The notes under the pieces: generated by a model
What the model saw: only the letters and a program-made list of their open reading frames with translations
Told to the model about the DNA's origin: nothing
Database searches by the model: none
From: an uncultured Planctomycetaceae bacterium
Lineage (GTDB): Bacteria; Planctomycetota; Phycisphaerae; SM23-33
Assembly: GCA_964536835.1 (NCBI GenBank)
Contig: CAZIAZ010000003.1
Coordinates: forward strand, 6,103-70,102
Direction: 5' to 3'
Length of the DNA stretch: 64,000 nt
Translations under genes and position numbers: made by a program
In this document: piece after piece, positions 8,321-21,580 of the stretch
How the letters are laid out: each line of letters begins with the position of its first letter
How positions within the stretch are numbered: position 1 is the first letter of the stretch

Positions 8321-10627
8321 TCAGATTTTATAATTTTTGAAAAAATCCTTAAAAGGGTTATTTGAATCGTTTTCATGTCGCGATGGTTTTTTATTATCAC
8401 GGCGTTCCTGTGGGTTGGTGTTGTCGTGATGTTTGGCGGCTGGACTTGTGCGTTGCGTTCTGCCTTCTCCCGACGTGTCGGGCTTGGAACGCATTGAGAG
8501 GCCTATTCGTTTGCGGTCGATATCTATGCTCGTCACGGTCACTTCGACTTTTTGATGAACTTTTACCACGTCGGACGGTTTTTCCACGAACCTGTCGGCC
8601 AGTTCGCTTATGTGTACCAGTCCGTCCTGATGCACGCCGATATCCACGAATGCGCCGAAGTTTGTTACGTTGGTGACAACGCCAGGAAGTTTTTGGCCGA
8701 TTTTAAGGTCGGTCATTTCCTTGATGCCGTCGGCGAAGGAGAAGAGCTGGAACGGCTCTCTCGGGTCACGGCCGGGTTTAGCGAGTTCCTGCAAAATGTC
8801 GTTGAGAGTCGGCAGGCCGATGCTGTCTGTGACGTATTTTTTAAGGTCAATCTTTTTACGAAGTTCGTCGTTGGCCATCAGGTCGCCTACCGTGCAGCCG
8901 AGGTCAGCGGCTATCCGTTCCACTATCGGATAACTTTCCGGATGGACGGCAGACGCGTCCAGCGGATTATTGCCGCTGCGTATGCGTAAAAAGCCGGCCG
9001 CCTGTTCGAACGTTTTAGGGCCCATGCCTGCGACTTTCAGAATCTCTCGCCGGTCGGTGAACGGGCCGTTTTCATTTCGCGTTTCCACGATAGCTGCCGC
9101 GATTTTTTCGCTTAAGCCGGCGACGTGCGACAACAACTGCTTGCTTGCCGTGTTTATTTCCACGCCAACGGAATTTACGCAGCTTGTAACGACGTCGTCC
9201 AGCGAGTTTTTGAGTTTTTTCTGGTCTACGTCGTGCTGATATTGGCCGACGCCGATTGATTTCGGGTCTATTTTGACCAGTTCCGCCAACGGGTCCATCA
9301 GCCGCCTGCCTATCGAAACGCTGCCGCGCACGGTTACGTCCTTGTCAGGAAATTCGTCGCGTGCGACTTCCGATGCCGAATAGACGCTCGCGCCTGATTC
9401 ATTGACCATGACCACCGGCAGAGGCCGTCCGAAATCTATTTTGTCGCAGAATGCCTTTGTTTCCCTGCCCGCCGTGCCGTTGCCGATTGCGATAGCCTGT
9501 ATCCGGAATTTTTCCGCCAGCACGCGAATCTTCATTTCCGCTTCGTCTTCCTTATGCAGGTAGATTACGTCGTCGAACAGCAATTTGCCCTGCGGGTCGA
9601 GACATACCAGCTTGCAGCCGGTACGGAAGCCCGGGTCGAGCGCGAGTACCGATTGCTGTCCCAGCGGCGATGCCAGCAGCAGTTCGCGTATGTTATCCGC
9701 GAAAACCCTGATAGCCTCTTCCTCGGCTCGATTTTTCATTTCAAGTCGCATTTCCGTTTCCATCGACAATGACAACAGCCGTTTAAAACTGTCTTCCGCC
9801 GCAGCCTGTACCTGCATGGCCGCGGCGCTGTTGCCTTTTACGAACATGCGAAACAGTATGTCGATTGCCTGCTGTTCGTCCGGCTGAATATGGAAGGTAA
9901 GGAAACCTTCTTTTGCTCCGCGACGGATGGCGAGTATGCGGTGCGACGGCGCGCCGGCAGCCGGCTCGGCCCATTCGAAATAATCCGAATATTTTATGGC
10001 GTCTTCTTCCTTGCCCTTGAGCACTTTTGACGACATGACGGAATTTTTTTCGTAAAGTTTGCGAAGTTCTGCGCGGGCGGCGGCATTTTCCGAAATATTT
10101 TCTGCGATGATGTCGCGTGCGCCGGCTAATGCGGCGGCTACGTCGGGCACTTCACGGTCTTTTTCCGTCGATATATATTTCTGCGCCTCAGCTAGCGGGT
10201 CTGTGGCCGGATTCTGCTCGAGCAGCAGCAGGGCGAGTGGTTCAAGGCCTTTGTCTTTAGCCATCGTTCCGCGGGTGCGACGTTTGGGCTTATATGGAAG
10301 ATAGATATCCTCCAGAATGTTCATTGTTTCAGCAGCCTGGATTTTCGCTTCCAGCTCGCCGGTCAGTTTGCCCTGTTCTTGTATGGATTTAAGAATAGCC
10401 TGGCGACGTTTGTCCAGCTCCTGCAACTGGTCGAGACGGTCGCGGATGGCGATGATGTTTACTTCGTCAAGGCCGCCCGTGCGCTCCTTGCGATAGCGGG
10501 CGATGAACGGCACTGTGCCGCCTTCGGCGAAAAGTTCGGCGACAGACTGCACTTGCGACGGATTTATAGACTGCTCCAGGGCTATCTTGCGGAAATAATT
10601 GGCCAGTTCGAGAACTTCCATGGTCAT
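8321..10627 (-). CDS. tex: Transcription accessory protein Tex (YqgF/RuvC-like, HhH and S1 domains) with a basic C-terminal tail
   Basis: A 768-aa ORF. The N-terminus (IALEQSINPSQVQSVAELFAEGGTVPFIARYRKE) is the classic Tex start. The S1 domain (GQKLPGVVTNVTNFGAFVDIG) lies near the C-terminus. Confidence 0.9.
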   Translation of the reverse strand: MTMEVLELANYFRKIALEQSINPSQVQSVAELFAEGGTVPFIARYRKERTGGLDEVNIIAIRDRLDQLQELDKRRQAILKSIQEQGKLTGELEAKIQAAETMNILEDIYLPYKPKRRTRGTMAKDKGLEPLALLLLEQNPATDPLAEAQKYISTEKDREVPDVAAALAGARDIIAENISENAAARAELRKLYEKNSVMSSKVLKGKEEDAIKYSDYFEWAEPAAGAPSHRILAIRRGAKEGFLTFHIQPDEQQAIDILFRMFVKGNSAAAMQVQAAAEDSFKRLLSLSMETEMRLEMKNRAEEEAIRVFADNIRELLLASPLGQQSVLALDPGFRTGCKLVCLDPQGKLLFDDVIYLHKEDEAEMKIRVLAEKFRIQAIAIGNGTAGRETKAFCDKIDFGRPLPVVMVNESGASVYSASEVARDEFPDKDVTVRGSVSIGRRLMDPLAELVKIDPKSIGVGQYQHDVDQKKLKNSLDDVVTSCVNSVGVEINTASKQLLSHVAGLSEKIAAAIVETRNENGPFTDRREILKVAGMGPKTFEQAAGFLRIRSGNNPLDASAVHPESYPIVERIAADLGCTVGDLMANDELRKKIDLKKYVTDSIGLPTLNDILQELAKPGRDPREPFQLFSFADGIKEMTDLKIGQKLPGVVTNVTNFGAFVDIGVHQDGLVHISELADRFVEKPSDVVKVHQKVEVTVTSIDIDRKRIGLSMRSKPDTSGEGRTQRTSPAAKHHDNTNPQERRDNKKPSRHENDSNNPFKDFFKNYKI

Positions 10628-10761
10628 GATTCAACAAATCCTTTCATTGCAAACAGCATTAAAACGTACATTTATGAAGCGGAGATTTTACTTGTCTGCT
10701 GCCGCCGTTTCCAGTTTTTTTGCAAGTGGATATTTTGATTTTGAATGCGTAGAATATCAAA

Positions 10762-12288
10762 ATGGTTTTTGATTTTTTTGACAAAAAAGGGTTATGCGTG
10801 CTTGTTGGCGCCGGCGTCGGCGGGCGTGAGATGCTCACGGCTGACGGCGAATACTGGTTAGGCCGGGCCGACGTGGTGATTTACGACCGACTCGCCGATG
10901 ATTCACTGCTTGAACTCGTACGTAGTGATGCTGAAATGATTTACGTCGGCAAACAAGCCGGCGACCATACCATGCCGCAAGAGCAGATAAACGCTCTTCT
11001 GGTTAAATATACGCTGGAGGGCAGACTTGTCGTACGGCTGAAAGGCGGCGATTGTTTCATTTTTGGCCGCGGCGGCGAGGAACTTGACGCGCTGGAGGCA
11101 GCCGGCTGTCAGTATCGTGTTGTGCCCGGTATAACGGCGGCGATAGCTGCCGGTGCGTACGGCGGTATAAGCTTGACTGACCGGCGCTATGCGTCCGGCG
11201 TGGCGTTCGTCACCGGCCATGAAGACCCGGCCAAGCAGACCAGCTCTCTCAACTACACTGCGCTTGCGGGTATCGATACGGTAGTATTTTACATGGGAGT
11301 CGGTCATCTTGAGCCGATAACGACAGGACTGATTGCCGCTGGCAGGGCGGCAGATACGCCGGCGGCTGTCGTGCGGATGGCCGGGCGGCCGTCGCAGAAA
11401 ACCCTGATTGGCACACTTGGTGATATTTTTGGGAAAACCCGCGATGCCGGCGTTGAACCGCCGGCGGTACTTATCGTCGGGCAGGCTGCGGCGAAAGCAC
11501 GCGGCTGGTATGAAAAACTACCGTTAGCCGGCAAAACCGTATTAGTTACGCGGCCGCTAAAGCAGTCAGTCCCGCTCGCCGGCATGCTCCGCCGCAGCGG
11601 TGCGGAAGTTATCGAAACCCCAACTATCGAAATCGCTCCGCCTGAAAATTTCAGCCCGCTCGACGCGGCGATTGAACATTTGGCCAGTTACGATTGGCTG
11701 GTTTTTACCAGTCCGAATGGTGTGATTTTTTTTATGAGCCGTCTGGCGGTGGCTGGCTTGGATGCCAGGGCGTTGGCTGGTGTGAAAATAGCGGCTGTGG
11801 GGCCTGCCACAGCCGGGAAATTGGCTGACTTCGGTTTGCTGGCAGATTTGACGCCGAAATGCAATTATACGACGGCTGGCTTGGCGGCTGACCTGAAATT
11901 GCGATTAACTCCTGGAAATACTGTACTTCTGGCTCGCAGCGATATCGCTCCGCCGGATTTGAAAAACGCTCTTGAGCCGGCTGCGGCAAAAGTTGACGAA
12001 GTGTGCGCTTACTGTACGCGCTGCCCTGCCGAATTGCCGCCCGATGCGATAAATGCCCTGCGGCAGGGCCATGTTGATATTATCACATTCACATCGTCGT
12101 CGACTGCGGAAAATTTTGTGAAACTGTTGAAAAAAGCGGAACCTCAGGCCTTTTTGAGGATTATAAATAATATAAAAAAGGCTGCCATCGGCCCTGTTAC
12201 CGCCATGAAGTTGCAGGAGCTGGGTTTTCCGGCGGATGTCGTGGCTGCGGAATGTTCCGTGGCAGGATTGGTGGCGGCACTCGTATAA
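10762..12288 (+). CDS. cobA: Bifunctional uroporphyrinogen-III C-methyltransferase / uroporphyrinogen-III synthase (CobA/HemD fusion)
   Basis: The N-terminal half has SUMT motifs (LVGAGVGGREMLT, VVRLKGGD, RVVPGITAA). The C-terminal ~250 aa form a HemD-like fold (LVTRP...). Confidence 0.85.
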   Translation: MVFDFFDKKGLCVLVGAGVGGREMLTADGEYWLGRADVVIYDRLADDSLLELVRSDAEMIYVGKQAGDHTMPQEQINALLVKYTLEGRLVVRLKGGDCFIFGRGGEELDALEAAGCQYRVVPGITAAIAAGAYGGISLTDRRYASGVAFVTGHEDPAKQTSSLNYTALAGIDTVVFYMGVGHLEPITTGLIAAGRAADTPAAVVRMAGRPSQKTLIGTLGDIFGKTRDAGVEPPAVLIVGQAAAKARGWYEKLPLAGKTVLVTRPLKQSVPLAGMLRRSGAEVIETPTIEIAPPENFSPLDAAIEHLASYDWLVFTSPNGVIFFMSRLAVAGLDARALAGVKIAAVGPATAGKLADFGLLADLTPKCNYTTAGLAADLKLRLTPGNTVLLARSDIAPPDLKNALEPAAAKVDEVCAYCTRCPAELPPDAINALRQGHVDIITFTSSSTAENFVKLLKKAEPQAFLRIINNIKKAAIGPVTAMKLQELGFPADVVAAECSVAGLVAALV

Positions 12289-12467
12289 CTCGTATAATAT
12301 GGCTAATGTGTTGAATATGCCTTGACCACAGCCGTGCAGATTGCTAGAATCCGATGTTTTCACGTGTTGTAACGGAACGTCTGGCTAGGAGCCGGACGTT
12401 GGCGAGTAAACGGAATTCGATTTGGCCCAGGCTGATCCGGCACAACCACTTTTTAAGGAACACTATC

Positions 12468-14204
<1,737 letters not shown>

Positions 14205-14228
14205 GTCAATAATAGTAGGATAAAATAA

Positions 14229-14262
14229 AACCCGCGATATCAATGATATGGCGGGTTTTTTT
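14229..14262 (+). terminator. Rho-independent terminator after rpoD
   Basis: The sequence aaaCCCGCGATATcaatgATATGGCGGGttttttt forms a GC-clamped hairpin followed by a T7 run. Confidence 0.6.
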
Positions 14263-14301
14263 GTTGTCTGTATTTTTCTATAGCATATGGTTGGCGGGTT
14301 A

Positions 14302-14459
14302 GAGCATTGAAAGATTGAGAGTTCATATTTTTGCGCCAGTGGGTTTGTTCGTGGCAAGGAAGGAAAATGAGGCATACTTGGCAGTATTCTGAAGTTTTTC
14401 TGACGCAGCCACGGACAAAGCAAACCAGCAAAAAAGGAACTCTCAAGATTGAACTGCTC
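14302..14459. mobile_element. MITE-like non-autonomous element, copy 1 (158 bp, flanked by TA/TA)
   Basis: It is >99% identical to the copies at 23676-23833 and 30208-30365. The imperfect terminal inverted repeats are gagcattgaaagattgagagttc / gaactctcaagattgaactgctc. TA dinucleotides directly abut both ends, and the flanks beyond the TA are unrelated between copies. Confidence 0.7.
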
Positions 14460-14968
14460 TAGGGTGTCGGAGCGTCGTCATTATGTTTTGGATTTTTTCT
14501 GCCGGCTTCGTTTTGGAGTTCTGTAAATAGTTTATCGGTATTAGCCATAAGCCCCAATGCTTTTGCAGGAACTATTACGACCTCAAGGCTGCATGGGGAA
14601 TAAAGCGTAAAAGCATTTTCATCGTTGTCCAATTTGACACTGTAATCATATCTTCCGCCGGTAAGTTCCATTTGTGTCGAGTCGCCCATTTTTATCATTT
14701 TTTCCGGATTAAGCAGCTTGAAGAATTTTTTGGCGAAGCGACTGTCCTGCTGGTAATCTGCGGAAAATTGCAGTGAAGGGATTGAGTTCATGTCATAGAA
14801 TGTGAGATGAAGTTTGTCGCCCTGCTTTACGGCTATGACTTTCTGCCTGTAGTCGATGGTCTTGCTGACGCATTGAATTTCAATTTTGTCGTAATTTGCA
14901 GGGTCGAATTCCTTGCATCCGCCGACAGCCGCAGCAATGCACATAATTGTCATGAACAGATTTTTCAT
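14459..14968 (-). CDS. Putative lipoprotein (hypothetical)
   Basis: MKNLFMTIMCIAAAVGGC is a lipobox-type signal peptide. The internal Met at 14968 is preferred over the ORF start at 15022. Confidence 0.5.
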   Translation of the reverse strand: MKNLFMTIMCIAAAVGGCKEFDPANYDKIEIQCVSKTIDYRQKVIAVKQGDKLHLTFYDMNSIPSLQFSADYQQDSRFAKKFFKLLNPEKMIKMGDSTQMELTGGRYDYSVKLDNDENAFTLYSPCSLEVVIVPAKALGLMANTDKLFTELQNEAGRKNPKHNDDAPTP

Positions 14969-15052
14969 AGCCGCCTCTTTATTGTCCGAAACACTCTGAA
15001 TATGCGCCAGCCAAGCCGGCAAAAAATCAGACTCAGGTAATATCGGTAGTCG

Positions 15053-16928
<1,876 letters not shown>

Positions 16929-16940
16929 CTATGTTGTACA

Positions 16941-18206
16941 TTATAGGCGGTCTACGACGTTATCACCTATCTGGGGCGGGAAAACCTGACGGGACATGGC
17001 GCCGGCGGCAGTAGTGTCTCCGACGATGTCAATCCGCAGATAACCCACGAATTTATCCCGTCGATAAACAATCAGACGCATGCCGGCCTGAAGGCCATGC
17101 AGTGAACCCACATTTATTTTGATTATCTGGTCGTCTATGCTGGTTATTTTGCCGGCGATACGGTTTATTTCGATTTTTACAGGGTTGTTGTTGGAAGATT
17201 CTTCTTCGTCGTCGGAGGCTGACTGCGATTCATCGTCGGCTGAAGACGTTTTGTTTGCAGCAGGCGAAGTTGTGACAGGTTTGCGGGTGACGTATTCCAC
17301 GCGAGAGGCGGCTGCCGGATTGGCCATGGCTTCCTTGTAGGCTTTTATCTCCAGCTGTAGCCTGGCGATTTCCTTTTCCGACGACTGAAAGTTGTTACGT
17401 ATGACCTTGAGTTCCTCGCCTGTCTGTTCGTTCTTTTTTATCTGTTCGTTGAGCATTGTGTGGATACGTTTGTTCTTGTCGGCCAACGTATCCCGCTCCC
17501 GCGTAATGTCGCCGATTTTTTCCAGCATTTCCTTTGTCCGCTGCGGCTCATCTATGCGATAAAGCTTCAGCTGCAACGACAGGATATTGTTTTCCTGCTG
17601 GAGGATTTGGGCGGTTTTCGCCGGCTGGGTTGTGGCGACGGTTTTCAGACGTTCAAGGACGGCTTCTTCGTTTTTGACCGTAAGCTCGATTTCCTTGCGA
17701 CGGATTTCCGCTTCCATATCGCTTGCGTGCATTCTCGATTCGCGCAGGGCGTTGGTCAGGTTTGCATTGACTTGATGGCCTTTATTGAGTGCAGCCATCA
17801 GCCGTGAATTTTCCAGCTGAAGTTTAAGTATGATGTTTTGAAGTTTTTCTTCTTCGGTTCCGGATTCGTCGGCGGGCCTGGCGGCGGAAGAGGCTGACGA
17901 CGGCGATAGCGTTTTCTCCGCCTTATTTGTAGCCTGTGCCGGAGTTATATTTTTTGGCGTTGCCGGTTTTATTGACGGCGGCTCAGCTGGTTGAGTCTGT
18001 GATTTTTTAGGCGCATCGGCCGCTGATTTGTTGAATTCCGGCAGGCCTGCCGGAAGAGTTTCAATTGCCGCCGCCTCAAACGACGGGGCTGCGTCCTGAT
18101 TGTCGGAAGAGGTGTCGGCTGAGGCGCAAAAAACCTCGCCGGCCGTCGCTAGCAGAACAGCCCACAAAATTACACAAAACGTTCTGGTTGATTTTAGCTT
18201 CTTCAC
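16941..18206 (-). CDS. Secreted coiled-coil protein with a C-terminal small beta-domain (hypothetical)
   Basis: It has a signal peptide (MKKLKSTRTFCVILWAVLLATAGEVFCASA), a Ser/Ala/Pro-rich low-complexity region and a long heptad-rich region. The C-terminus is VGSLHGLQAGMRLIVYRRDKFVGYLRIDIVGD. Confidence 0.5.
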   Translation of the reverse strand: MKKLKSTRTFCVILWAVLLATAGEVFCASADTSSDNQDAAPSFEAAAIETLPAGLPEFNKSAADAPKKSQTQPAEPPSIKPATPKNITPAQATNKAEKTLSPSSASSAARPADESGTEEEKLQNIILKLQLENSRLMAALNKGHQVNANLTNALRESRMHASDMEAEIRRKEIELTVKNEEAVLERLKTVATTQPAKTAQILQQENNILSLQLKLYRIDEPQRTKEMLEKIGDITRERDTLADKNKRIHTMLNEQIKKNEQTGEELKVIRNNFQSSEKEIARLQLEIKAYKEAMANPAAASRVEYVTRKPVTTSPAANKTSSADDESQSASDDEEESSNNNPVKIEINRIAGKITSIDDQIIKINVGSLHGLQAGMRLIVYRRDKFVGYLRIDIVGDTTAAGAMSRQVFPPQIGDNVVDRL

Positions 18207-18278
18207 AACCCGACATGATAATTTATTTACAGCCTGCTACAAGCATTTTTTTATTATTATTGCCATAACCGCCGTCTT

Positions 18279-18932
18279 TTATGGCTGAAAATCCGGAATT
18301 CGGCATATGACGGTGAAGTCGTTTTCGAGGTATTTGTCCAGAATGTGTATTTCTGCGTCGCCGCATGCGGCGCGGACAGCCGCCATCGCGGCGGTCGGCT
18401 GATAGGCGTAATATCGGTCGTCTTTGATTTTATGACGGGCGTGGAGGCAGTTGAACACCAGCCATTTGCTGGCGAGTGCGGCCATTTTTTCGACGGCGTT
18501 TTGCATAAAACTTTCGTTATTGCCCAGATTCAGGTTAAATGCGCCGCTGCAGTAGACTACGTCGAACGGTTTGTCTGCCTTTAAAAAACTCAATGCCGCG
18601 TGAGCAGACATTGCAAAAATGTCAGCCGCGAAAAGTTCAAGTTCCGGCTTGTCTTGACGCGCACGGAGAAGCATTTCGGGCAGAACGTCGACGCCTGCGT
18701 AGCGACACAACGCAATTTTTCTGACGGCGAGATATTGGGCCAAATCGCCAAGCCCGCAGCCGACGTCCAACAGCGTCAGGCCGTTGAGCGGAACATTGTC
18801 GGCTAATATTGAAAAACGCAGCAGTTGCGTCTCGCCGGCAGCCCAGTCGAGCACGTCGTAATTTTTTCTGCATGATTTTATGCGCGGCAGATAATGATTA
18901 CGGATTTTATCTATTTTGTCATTCATTTTCAT
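18279..18932 (-). CDS. Class I SAM-dependent methyltransferase
   Basis: LLDVGCGLGDL is SAM-binding motif I. The 217-aa ORF is separated by 3 nt from the upstream ORF. Confidence 0.7.
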   Translation of the reverse strand: MKMNDKIDKIRNHYLPRIKSCRKNYDVLDWAAGETQLLRFSILADNVPLNGLTLLDVGCGLGDLAQYLAVRKIALCRYAGVDVLPEMLLRARQDKPELELFAADIFAMSAHAALSFLKADKPFDVVYCSGAFNLNLGNNESFMQNAVEKMAALASKWLVFNCLHARHKIKDDRYYAYQPTAAMAAVRAACGDAEIHILDKYLENDFTVICRIPDFQP

Positions 18933-18935
18933 AAT

Positions 18936-20588
18936 TCAGGTGGCGGCTGGACTTTCTTTGTAAATTTCGGCGTGGGAGATGACGTATTTATAAAAAGCCT
19001 CGCCTCCGAGTGCGATACACCACGGCAATATCGCTCCTCGTGAATCGTAAAAATCCATCGCCGCCGCCTGTGAATCCAGGTACAGACGGTTCAGCCAGCC
19101 GGCCAGCGTTTTGACACGCAATTTTTTTTCATTCTCCCACAAGCTGCGCATTTCAGGGCATTTGGGCTGTGTTTTCGCCAATTCGCGACGGCGGTTCTCA
19201 ATCACAGCCATTTCTGCATACTCGGCGGCAAATTGGGTTTTCATCCATGATTTTCGCCTGGTTTCATCTGCAAAATCTGTCAGCCGACTACGGGCGGCAG
19301 CTATCACTTCATTATATTCGGCGGCGAATTCCTTTGCCGGCATATCATCGCGTCCGAAAATTTCGGCCAGGTGCGTTGGGAGATTTATCATTACAGACTC
19401 ATCCAGTTTCGCCAGCCTGTCCAGCAGTTTGAATCGCACTCGCAGGACCGGCTTGAAATATTTTTGGGGCAATACTCCTTCCGTCGTCAGCAGCCGTTCA
19501 AATTCATATGCCGCCGGCATATACATCGAGCCGTGATACGGCAGCGCCAGGTACGAACCTGTTTGGCCTGCCCGTACCTGCAGTACGAGTAAAATCGCTT
19601 TGCCTGCTATGCACAATACGCCTGCGTGCTTCATTGCGACAAGCGGCAAGCCGGCAGACGCGTCGAACTCCATGTCGCCTGCCGTGATTCTACCATCCTG
19701 AAGCCGACACTCGCAGCGAACCAATCGGCCGTCCCTGCGGAAAATCAGATAAAACGGCAATTCGCCGGCTGTCATGTCAAGCGGATGTACGCCCACATCG
19801 GCAGTTGCAACCGCCTGATTATACAGGTTGCCGAGCCGCTCATAATCATTTATGAAAAGCTCAGCCAATTTCAGACGTTGCGGCGAACAGTCCAGAGAAA
19901 AAAAATCGCTCGCCTGCCGAATTCTTCGCTCGTGTGCCGGCGAAGAGCATTTGTCCGGAATAGTCAGCCATTCGCCCAGCCAGTCGGCGTAAAGCTCGGT
20001 CAGGCTGCCGGTTGACCGCCTGGAAACAAGACGCTCCAGCCTGGCCTGCTCGGCGGAAAACCACTCTTCGCTGCGACGGCGACATTGTTGCGACGGGAAT
20101 CGTTCAAGCGAATCGTTTTTTGCGCGATGAAACATCCACAAAATCGCATCGCGACACTGCCGCACAGTGATATCGCCTATTAACCTGTGATGCCGTCTGT
20201 CGCCGACAAAACTCGAACCGACCAGCATCCAATTATCGCTTGTGGAATATTTTTCAAAAAGTTCCTGCGGCGTAGTATTAAGGTCATGCGCTATTTGTTT
20301 GAGTCTGACGCCCGGCAGGTTTTCCCACCGGCGGATATCCACGGCGACCCTGCCGAGAAAATCGTTATAAAAAAGTGCAGCGCCCCAATCCGAGCCGCCG
20401 GTTGAATAGAATCGCTCCTGCACGATTTTAAGGCTGGTGTCATCGACGCCTGCGCCTTTTGCCGTAAAGGCGACGTCTATATCCTCGACGTAGTGTGTCG
20501 TGTTTATGCCTGCTGAGGCGAGGGCGTGTAATTTGGGTAACGTATCCCAGAGGCTGTGGGAGTTCTGGTCTATGCTCACTACGTTCAT
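18936..20588 (-). CDS. Conserved hypothetical protein (550 aa), family not recognised
   Basis: This long ORF has good coding statistics. Its start overlaps the dapF stop by 4 nt (ATGA), which suggests translational coupling. No recognisable motifs were found. Confidence 0.5.
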   Translation of the reverse strand: MNVVSIDQNSHSLWDTLPKLHALASAGINTTHYVEDIDVAFTAKGAGVDDTSLKIVQERFYSTGGSDWGAALFYNDFLGRVAVDIRRWENLPGVRLKQIAHDLNTTPQELFEKYSTSDNWMLVGSSFVGDRRHHRLIGDITVRQCRDAILWMFHRAKNDSLERFPSQQCRRRSEEWFSAEQARLERLVSRRSTGSLTELYADWLGEWLTIPDKCSSPAHERRIRQASDFFSLDCSPQRLKLAELFINDYERLGNLYNQAVATADVGVHPLDMTAGELPFYLIFRRDGRLVRCECRLQDGRITAGDMEFDASAGLPLVAMKHAGVLCIAGKAILLVLQVRAGQTGSYLALPYHGSMYMPAAYEFERLLTTEGVLPQKYFKPVLRVRFKLLDRLAKLDESVMINLPTHLAEIFGRDDMPAKEFAAEYNEVIAAARSRLTDFADETRRKSWMKTQFAAEYAEMAVIENRRRELAKTQPKCPEMRSLWENEKKLRVKTLAGWLNRLYLDSQAAAMDFYDSRGAILPWCIALGGEAFYKYVISHAEIYKESPAAT

Positions 20589-21496
20589 CGCGACTCCAGC
20601 GTCGAAAGCAGGAACACGTCGTTCAGTACGCCTGTATAAAGTACGCGGGCGCGGGATTCCAGGCAGCAGTCCACGATTGCGCCGGATTCGTCCCGCGTGA
20701 TGTAAACCCGCAAAATCTCTCCGCCGCGAGTACGCACTATGACCGGCGCAGTACCGTCATATATTTCCGGCGGCCAATCGTTTTTTAGGGCAGTGACGAT
20801 TGCACATGCGCTTGCGCCGGTGCCGCAGGCTAACGTCTCGTCTTCCACGCCGAACTCGAACGTCCGCATCGCTATTCTGCCGGGTGACAATATCTGCACG
20901 AAATTCGCATTCACGCCGCGCGGCTTGAACGCGGGATGATGTCGCAACTGATATCCCCAGCGGCGGACATTGACGGCTGACACGTTGTCGACGATTGTCA
21001 CCACGTGCGGAATGCCGGTTACGATGTAATCGCAGACGAACGTTTTTTTCTGGTCAGCCGATTCACACTCTATATTCAGGTTTGGCCGATGATTTTCCGG
21101 CGGCGATATGCACACGCGGACGTAATCGCGATCAATGCATTGGCCCTGTATTATGCCGGCTGGCGTGAGAATGTTTATCTGCCTGTCCGGCAGTATACCC
21201 TTCGCCACTACCCAGCGCGTGAAACAGGCTGACCCGTTGCCGCAGAGTTCGCAAAACGACCCGTCGCTTTCGAAATGGGCTGACGAAATCTCCGCCAGTC
21301 CGCCGGTATAGCCGTCTTTACAGGCGAATATCACGCCGTCCGCTCCCACACCCTTGTGGCGGTCGCATATGCCGCGCGCGAAGGCTGACGACAATTTCGA
21401 GTCGCTCAATATACTGTCGAATTGGCCGGAAAGATTGTCTATGCAGATAAAATCATTGCCGCATGCCGTCAGCTTGGTGAACTCTACTGATTCCAT
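20585..21496 (-). CDS. dapF: Diaminopimelate epimerase
   Basis: FTKLTACGNDFICID carries the N-terminal active-site Cys region, and a second catalytic Cys region (ACGTGASA) follows. The length is 303 aa. Confidence 0.85.
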   Translation of the reverse strand: MESVEFTKLTACGNDFICIDNLSGQFDSILSDSKLSSAFARGICDRHKGVGADGVIFACKDGYTGGLAEISSAHFESDGSFCELCGNGSACFTRWVVAKGILPDRQINILTPAGIIQGQCIDRDYVRVCISPPENHRPNLNIECESADQKKTFVCDYIVTGIPHVVTIVDNVSAVNVRRWGYQLRHHPAFKPRGVNANFVQILSPGRIAMRTFEFGVEDETLACGTGASACAIVTALKNDWPPEIYDGTAPVIVRTRGGEILRVYITRDESGAIVDCCLESRARVLYTGVLNDVFLLSTLESR

Positions 21497-21580
21497 AGTG
21501 AACCATTTTAGCCGCCCATTATCGCATTATCCAGTCTTCGTCGACTTTTAAAATCGATACCGGCTGCATCTGACGCATCG

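Noticed and set aside
12354-12467. Extended N-terminus of rpoD from the ORF-track start
   Set aside because: The extra 38 aa ([14 protein letters not shown]...) lack an RBS and are Arg-rich and non-sigma-like. GTG 12468 with an AAGGA, or ATG 12538, is preferred.
14240-14446. Identical 64-87-aa ORFs predicted three times (14240-14446, 23560-23820, 30143-30352; also 13953-14423 and 30180-30374 in another frame)
   Set aside because: They are read-through translations of the 158-bp MITE copies that extend into unrelated flanks. Identity stops exactly at the element ends, so they are not genes.
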